From NCBI RefSeq assembly GCF_009914755.1, contig NC_060940.1: 64,000 nucleotides of DNA; one strand, 5' to 3'. The position numbers and the translations under genes were made by a program. The stretch comes from the human T2T-CHM13v2.0 reference genome, Homo sapiens. Shown piece by piece: positions 55,041 to 64,000 of the stretch. Every line of letters begins with the position of its first letter. Within the stretch, counting starts at the first letter, position 1. Below the pieces are notes generated by a model, which saw nothing but the letters and a program-made list of their open reading frames with translations, was not told where the DNA came from and ran no database searches.

Positions 55041-56700
55041 GTGAGTGGGAGAAAGTTGCTTTATAGAAATATAAGTTCACAGCATTCATGTTTTGTGTGT
55101 TCCACTGCAAATATTGCATGCTGCATACTTGTATGCTGCATACTTGTATTTCTCTGAAAATGAAGAACATAGGCTCATAAGTACACAAAAAATTAGTTTC
55201 GTTTTTGCCAATAGTTGGAACAGATGAAGGAATGTTAGATGTAATACCTTTTCTATTTTTTCTAAAATGAATTCTGTAGTATTTTTCAAAAGACAAGGAA
55301 AAAAATTATATTTAAACTCAAAGTGGCTACAAATCAGCTCCTAAACTGTCACTGACAGTAGCATATAGATTTCGTAGTTTTTACAAACTTTTAAAAATAT
55401 TTATTTACTAAGAAAACATTGCATTAATGCATGATACAAAATTGATAAGTTTTCCTTTAAATTGGAATGCAGTTTAAAGTGACTGAATTTTCCAATTTCA
55501 GCTACTGCATTTGAGAAGGATACATACTGGAAAATGGAACTGGTATCATCTAATTTCTTTAGACTCCTTCACTTATGGTAGTTGGGAAAAATCTTTCCAT
55601 GTGGCATTATATAGATCATATTCTTGATGACTAATATTAATTACTGTGCTTTTTAGCCTTGACAGTAATGAAGAATTCTGGGTGGATATAGTTCATTCAA
55701 ATAATTTAGGTGTATTTTAAATACATGTTTTCAATTGAAAAAAACAGATCTTTGGCACTTGGCTTTTAATTATGTAAACATTGACATTCTTACATTTTGC
55801 TCTTTATATTATAATTGATGTGTATGTTGCAATTCCAATAACTGCACATACAGTTTTATCATACACTTTAAAACAGTGGCATACTTGGTCATAGATACAA
55901 ATTAATTTTAGATTGAAATATATCTTTGTCACATTACCTATTTTTATTTTTGTGTGTGTATGTAATGACAACCTTTCCATATTGTGAACAAGATAAAATG
56001 ATATCTAAAATGTTAGTCATGACAACTTCCAACCTTAGCGATCAACGCGCCTCTGAGTTTATGCTGTTAAGGGCTAAAGTAATAGTATTTTCAGTGCGCT
56101 ATTCTGCCAGTTGCCACACATGCTGAAAAGATCTACTTAAATCTTTCTTGCTAGGCATAACAGATAAATAGTTTTATAAAAAATATTAATTCTGATGCTC
56201 TCCAGAGATTTTTATGCTTAACTATTTTCTGTTAGATTTCAGCCAGTAAAATTTACCATTGTTCTTACATTGGAAAATTCCCTTACTAGTCACAATCAAC
56301 CAGGTCCTTTAAAAAGAGAAAATGGACAGCTCTAACCAATTGTCAAGCATGTAATCAAGTACTTTATTAAGAGAAATCCATCCATTAATCAGTTCTTCCT
56401 TTGCTTTTCATTATGTCATAAAGGATGGATTTATTTTAGAGCTTATGGTTTTGAACTACCACTTCCAGCTTCTGGAGACCCAATGATTAACTTGCTTCTA
56501 CAACCCAGAATGTTCCAAATCATACCTTTTTCATCTTGATTCTCCTAGATTTTACAACAAATCATAGTGACAATACCAGTTCCATTTTGCCTCCAATTCA
56601 GTTGATTATATATTTTTTCTATTTATTTCTCATTTTATAATTGATATCTGGAATAATCAGCAGCTCTTTTCTCATTTATTTTCTCATATTTTTATTCCAG

Positions 56701-56762
56701 GATTTGCCTCTGAAGCAGGGAGTGTCTGCATTAAAAATGACCTGTAGTTCTCTGCTTCATAG
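56701..56762 (+). CDS. NFAT5: NFAT5 62-nt alternative cassette exon with in-frame stop (switches translation to the downstream NFAT5a start)
   Basis: Acceptor ttttctcatatttttattccag| and donor AG|gttaga. In the upstream frame it reads (G)FASEAGSVCIKNDL then TAG at 56745-56747. Consistent with the known stop-containing alternative exon 4 of NFAT5. Confidence 0.88.
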
Positions 56763-57211
56763 GTTAGAAACTTATTTTAATATTTTGTGGCTAAGCACAG
56801 TCCCACTTTTCAAATTCTATAATGAATTATTTAATTGGCATTGAATGTGGACCACCAGCATATATTTCATATTGGGGTTTTCTTTATTACTTTAAATGAT
56901 TAAAATTCAATAGAATGTCCAGCTGAGGCAATAAAAGCTTTATTTTTGCTTTACAGCTTAAAACGTTAAATGAGATTTTAAAAATCTATGGATTGTAACA
57001 TAAGTAAAATAATGCTATTTGGGCATTTTTAAAAATTCCATTTCTTAGGCCTTATATTGCTTGAAGCATTTATATTCTAAAACATAACCAAATTCTGACT
57101 ATTCATTTTGGGGAAAAACAATCAGTTCACAAATCACATTTTCAATGGGACTGCTAGCCAGCATAGGTGAAAACATGTATAGTGTATTTACTCTTGAATT
57201 GTACACTGCAG

Positions 57212-57770
57212 ATGCTTCTTCAGCTCCCTCCTCTTCCTCCATGGGCGGTGCTTGCAGCTCCTTTACCACCTCTTCCAGCCCTACCATTTATTCTACCTCA
57301 GTCACCGACAGCAAGGCTATGCAAGTGGAGAGCTGCTCCTCAGCCGTGGGGGTAAGTAACAGAGGGGTAAGTGAAAAGCAGTTAACCAGTAACACAGTTC
57401 AGCAGCATCCATCAACACCGAAGAGGCACACAGTCTTGTACATCTCACCACCACCTGAGGACTTGCTGGATAACAGTCGGATGTCCTGCCAGGATGAGGG
57501 GTGTGGATTGGAATCTGAGCAGAGCTGCAGTATGTGGATGGAGGATTCCCCCTCCAACTTCAGTAACATGAGCACCAGTTCCTACAATGATAACACTGAG
57601 GTACCTCGTAAATCACGAAAACGAAATCCAAAGCAGAGGCCGGGGGTCAAACGACGAGATTGTGAAGAATCTAATATGGATATATTTGATGCCGACAGTG
57701 CCAAAGCACCTCACTATGTGCTTTCTCAGCTTACCACGGACAACAAAGGCAACTCAAAAGCGGGAAATGG
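57212..57770 (+). CDS. NFAT5: NFAT5 559-nt coding exon: NFAT5a start MGGACS (ATG 57241), auxiliary export domain, NLS
   Basis: ctgcag|AT GCT TCT...AAT GG|gttggt. Encodes [17 protein letters not shown]...[27 protein letters not shown]...[18 protein letters not shown] (57607-57660)...KAGNG. Confidence 0.98.
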
Positions 57771-58030
57771 GTTGGTATTCACATTTTTTAAAATTCTATC
57801 ATCATTATGCAAAACAAACAAACAAAAAAAATTCCCAATTTTTCCTAATTGCTGAGCTCAAGTTTGCATATAAAGCAACAGTGCTAATTTTATCATTGAA
57901 ATACATGAAAATTTTAACTTAAAATTACCAACTTTTACTAGATAGAAAATAAAATAATCATAGATTCTAGCAATAGATATCTTATTATCAGTATAGTTAG
58001 GTAGTAGAAAATGAAAATAATCTGTTCTGA

Positions 58031-58388
<358 letters not shown>

Positions 58389-61300
58389 CGAAAGAACTAG
58401 CAATGTAATGACTCCATCCAAAACAACTCAAACAGTCACTAAGAGCTATGTTCTCTTTCCAATTGTGTCCTCATATGGTTTACATTTTTTAGAGGATTTT
58501 AGACTTAATTTTTTTCTCTTTAATTGATGAAAACAAGAAAAAACTAAATTGAGAGTTTGATTCTCATCATTTAGATTCATGTATCATAAGCTTTTTTCCT
58601 TTGATACTAATACATTGATTGTACAGAGTCGATATTTTTTTTAAATCACTCATTTTTTTTCTGTGATTCTGGGTTACTTATTTAGAGGGTGATGAAACAG
58701 GATCATGGTACATGTTTGAGTTTTCTTTCATCTCTGCCAGTCACACTACCCACTAATATAGTTCAATAGCTATGTTACAGAATATTCACTGCTATAATGC
58801 AGACTAGTATGACTTTTAATTCCTTTAGTAATTTTATTGTAATATTTAATTGCTAGACTTTTAAATTAGATTTTTGTATAGTACATTCAAAATAATTTGT
58901 TAAAATTTAACTCTCTAGGACCCAGGATCTCCTACAATTTCAGTTTTACACAAAAAGTGGTCAAGAAGCTTTAGATTGATTTACTACTTGATGACATCAC
59001 TGATCTTTTTTTGGTTAAAAATTCAGTTGAATATTATAGAGAATATTCTTAATATATATTTAACTTGCCCTTAAGCACTCCCTCAGTACATTTTAAAAAG
59101 TAATATCTACCCTTTAAGCAATAATTACTCTACACCGCTTCTTTACCTCCTTAAGGGTGATGTAGTTAAATGAAAATGAATATTTAAATGCTTTTCAGTT
59201 TTAGAAAGTCCAGTTTAGTAAATTACCTAAAAGAAAATAAGATATACTCTTTCCTAAAATGTTGCCATTTAATAAAATCAAGAATTTCAGAACATAATAT
59301 TTGTAGAACTATTACTTATAAAATAAGGCTCTGAAATGTAATGAATACAGCAGGTAAATACTTAAGTAACTGTGATAGTAACACAGATCTAAAAGTCTCA
59401 TGAATATCATTTAATTACATATGTGTGTTTATTTGTGCTTTAGTGGAGAAAGTCTTTAATATAAAGTTCCAGAAGATAAATTTTCATTTTTATATCAAAA
59501 TGAATGTTGAAGGTTCAAATTTAGAGCAAATAGAATTTTTACTTATGGCTAGTAAACAGTGATTTGCAGTTGCTAATTAAATATCTTGACCTTCATTTTT
59601 CTGCTTCTACTTTTGTATGATAGCTATATCTTAGAAATGATTTGAGGTTACCCAGGGAAAGTATAATGACATTGGTCAAGACAGACTCTTTCATGAAATA
59701 ATTCATGGAGCAGAAATTCCATCAAGCAGAAGAAATGTCCAGCTTCTTAGGTAATGAAAAAAATATTTGAAACTAGTATATGGAAATGATGGAAGAATTT
59801 TAAAATTGGAATTTATAACAACTATATTGAGGAAAGGATGAAACCATACCTAAATATATAGAAAAATCGGCCTTAAAAATAATTTTTCAGAGCATGTCAA
59901 GCTAAAAGCCTGTATTCTTCAACAGTGAAAAAAATCTTAAAATGTTTTGAGAGATAAGGATATAGCCTTAGATCTAATGTGCCATAAATCTACAATTTAT
60001 ATCATACTAAGTATTTAGAAAATGTACTTTAAAATGTATACAGCAGTTTATTGATCTTCAAGATACCACATAGAAATCTGATAGCTTGTAGATGAAAATA
60101 GCATTTTTATATGACTAAGATGTTAGAGTCTAATAAGAGAATAAAACCATTAAAAAAAAAAGCTTAGTATTTGAATATTCCTAGCCATATCATTCTTAAA
60201 TTTCTCAACTAAATGTCCTGAGAATCAGTTGCCCCATGTCTCTTCTAGATATTTCTATAAGTTAAGATAGGATGTCATCTGGATGTGAAACCTACTTTAG
60301 GCTTTTTGTAATGAAAATTATTTTTTTGACATAGGTCACCAGAAGGATTATGCGGCACGAATAAATTAGAATGTCATTTTAAGACTTCTGAATAGAATAT
60401 GCCATGATGGTGGATTTTCCTTTTTGGTTGTCATTTAGAAGTAAAATCCCATGTAACTGACTGCTACTTTATTTTTTCTTAAGCCATCATGCCTTAAAAA
60501 TTAGTAACTTGACTACGTTTCTAAGCATTAGTGGATGTTTTCATGGTTTTACATGTCTATACATCTCAATATGTATGTATTCCATTTTTACATTTTAGAA
60601 AAAAAAGATAGTTTTAAGAACTTCTAAAGTACCATTTTAGAAATTGCTTAATTACATGATATTCTTCTTTAAGCCATAATGTGTATACTCACTCAATACT
60701 TCATCCCAAGTGAGATCATTTGTTTTGCTAGACTAGTAAAACTCACTTTCATTTATTTGCCCTTATAAATATTAGCTTGACTAGCATAAGTGAGTATAAA
60801 AACATGTCTTGCCAAGTTAATCGATATGCTCTATGAATTTTCCTTGTATTTCAAACTAAAATTTTCCCTTTTCTATTATAAAATTGATACATATGAATTA
60901 CAAATATTTGAAAAATACAAGAAAACCTCATAATCTAGTCACTCAGTAAATCTGCTATTATCATTTTGCAGTATTTTCTTTCATCTCTTTGTATGTATAT
61001 TTGGGGGATATTTCTACATAGTTTCAATAAATGAATATTTTTACTTTAAGATTAGTATAAAACAGAATATCATAGACTTTCATGTGTGAGGAACTGCACA
61101 CTAGTTAGACCAAATGTTTGAATCTGTACCCAGAATGATGAAAAGAAAAACAGGGTTTACTGCCCATTGTTCCAGCTTCAACTTGATACTTATGTTCATA
61201 GAATTTATTCTTCCAGGGCCTTTTAAATGACTTGCACAAGTAATCTTTGATTTACTTATGTCAAATTTACACGAATGGCATTCCTTGTCCAGTTAGGATC

Positions 61301-61855
61301 TTTCTCATCTTAATATTACAGAAGCTTCTTTATCCCTCTGCTTTCCTTTCTTTGTCCCTTTCTTCTTCTTTGCCTTCATCAACAAACATTTCTTCAGCAC
61401 CTGTTATGTTTCAGGAAGTGTGCCAGGTTCAGGGAATATAAAGATGATTAAGCACAGTATTGCGCCTTGAGAACTTTTCCTCTCATCTATCAGTCTTACT
61501 GAATTCCTATGCTAGTTTCATTCCTTCTTTGCTCCATTCTTTTGCCTCTTTCCTAGCCAAGGATTCAACCTACTCCCCATTTCCATTGAAGATAGTGCCT
61601 TTCCTCACTTTGTTCTTGATGATTAAGGCAACAACTTGGTTACAGCTGGAGGGGTAAACATTAGAGCCAGGTTTAAGCCTGCTTAGCTTCTCTGTGTTTG
61701 AAGTCGTAATATTCCTACTGGAATCTGGTTGCTTTTAGAGGAGATTTTTCTTCACAGTCATCTGGCTCCTGGATCTTTGATGTGAGTCAAAACTTAGGAC
61801 TAGGAGGGTCACAGAGAAAGCTATGACCCTGACTTTATTTAAAAACATACGTGAA

Positions 61856-62168
<313 letters not shown>

Positions 62169-62316
62169 TAACTAACAATATTGTTTTTACTTGTTTTTAT
62201 TATGTATTTGCAGTGCTTCAACTATTTTACAGATTAAATGTGTTTGCCTGAAGTCATAACCACCATTTGGGATACTGTTTTTCTTTGAACATGCATTCCA
62301 CATAGCAAATGCATTA

Positions 62317-62715
<399 letters not shown>

Positions 62716-63419
62716 TTAACTAATCACAGATAAAAATAATCTGAAAAATCACACTCCTAGAAAAGATTGTTTAGAGTAAAGCTAATTTCCCAATAAAAAT
62801 TGAATCGCTAATTTTTTATCTAATTTCTTCAGTTTGGTTTACTGAGAAGGATACTCAAAAGAATAAGCTACATATACCTTCATTTGGTTTGTAGGCCATT
62901 TTGTATGGGGGTATGTAGGGTTTTTGGGGGTTTGTTTTTTGTTTTCGCTACCCTCACTTCTTTTACTGTGCAGTTAAAAAATAACAGTAGTTAATCTTAT
63001 AGCTTTATATAAATTTTGGAATTTATATGTGGAATGCATACATGGAATTTTTAAATCTTATTTTGACTGAAGTACAATGTTAAAGGTTATAGTGACATTA
63101 GCTATTCTTTCCTGTTAGTCTCAGTTTATTGCGCTCAATCTTCCTCCCTTCCTCCTACCACTCACATACGTTCATTTTCTTTTCTGTCAAACATACTTTG
63201 TTTTATTTTTGCATCATATAGTAAACTTTTTTACAAAACCTTTTTAAAGATACTTTGCTCATGTATCTTCCTTTAGGCAATATTTTATTTTGCCAGCAAG
63301 CTGAATAGTTGTTTTTACTATTATTGCCAGTTCTGTTTCTTCCTTTGTCTTAATGGCTTTTTTTTTTTATCAAAAAACTCTTTTTGATACTTTCTCCATG
63401 TTGTGCTTTGATTTCTCAG

Positions 63420-63612
63420 AACATTGGAAAACCAAAAAGGAACTGGAGTAAAGAAGAGCCCTATGTTGTGTGGACAATATCCTGTTAAAAGTGAGGGAAA
63501 GGAGCTGAAGATAGTTGTACAACCTGAGACACAGCACCGAGCTCGGTACCTGACTGAGGGCAGCCGTGGCTCAGTGAAAGATAGAACACAGCAAGGCTTT
63601 CCTACAGTAAAG
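63420..63612 (+). CDS. NFAT5: NFAT5 193-nt coding exon, start of the Rel homology DNA-binding domain
   Basis: atttctcag|A ACA TTG...GTA AAG|gtattt. Encodes [64 protein letters not shown], with the NFAT-family RxRYxTEGSRG recognition loop. Confidence 0.98.
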
Positions 63613-63759
63613 GTATTTACTTTATTTATCATTTGAATTTTAGTTAAAATGTAAAGGGGAATGAGAATATGTCCTGAAAAGTAAAATATTTTCAAATCAT
63701 GAATTTTCTTCCCTCATATTTGATATTTGAATTAGATTCATCCCAAACTTTAGAAAGAA

Positions 63760-64000
63760 TTTTTTTTTTTTTTTTTTGAGACAGAGTCTCACTCTGTCAC
63801 CCAGGCTGGAGTGCAGTGGTGTGATCTCAGCTCACTGCAGCCTCTGCCTCCGGGGTGCAAGTAATCATGCCTCAGCCACCTGAGTAGCTGGGACTACAGG
63901 TGTGTGCCACCAGGCCCAGCTAATTTTTGTATTTTAGTAGTGTCGCAGTTTCACCATGTTGGCGAGACTGGTCTGGAACTCCTGATCTCAAGTGATCCTC
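63760..64000 (-). mobile_element. Alu running off the window end
   Basis: Poly-T followed by antisense Alu body. Confidence 0.9.

Noticed and set aside
54889-55296. 135-aa minus-strand ORF overlapping the 60-nt candidate exon
   Set aside because: Non-ATG start, no recognisable domain or gene structure; probably a chance antisense frame.
56733-56747. C-terminal KNDL as an ER-retrieval signal
   Set aside because: It does not fit the [KRHQSA]-[DENQ]-E-L pattern and would matter only if the tail were luminal.
57145-57855. 236-aa ORF as a standalone gene
   Set aside because: It is the 559-nt NFAT5 exon plus intronic flanks.

Overview
Human genomic DNA inside the NFAT5 (TonEBP/OREBP) gene, transcribed on the + strand. 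A human-specific AluYb8 supports the species call. The window starts in the long intron upstream of the 126-nt exon (36616-36741). It also holds the 62-nt stop-containing cassette exon (56701-56762), the 559-nt exon with the NFAT5a start, AED and NLS (57212-57770), and the first Rel-homology-domain exon (63420-63612). The rest is intron with about 55 Alus, a full-length THE1A provirus, MLT2A and MLT1A solo LTRs, nested Tigger elements and L1/L2/MIR remnants. The most interesting signal is in the intron after the 126-nt exon. Several candidate exons or splice choices there would each give the NFAT5 N-terminus a different possible membrane or lipid signal: an in-frame 60-nt exon encoding GIPEMFILCILMCMILRFKK, a candidate terminal exon ending VLTPCHCA*, the known exon ending KNDL*, and an internal donor that would fuse an alternative-frame peptide to the RHD. 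These are inferences from sequence only, and some may already be annotated. Repeat subfamily names come from recalled consensus sequences and repeat boundaries are approximate.
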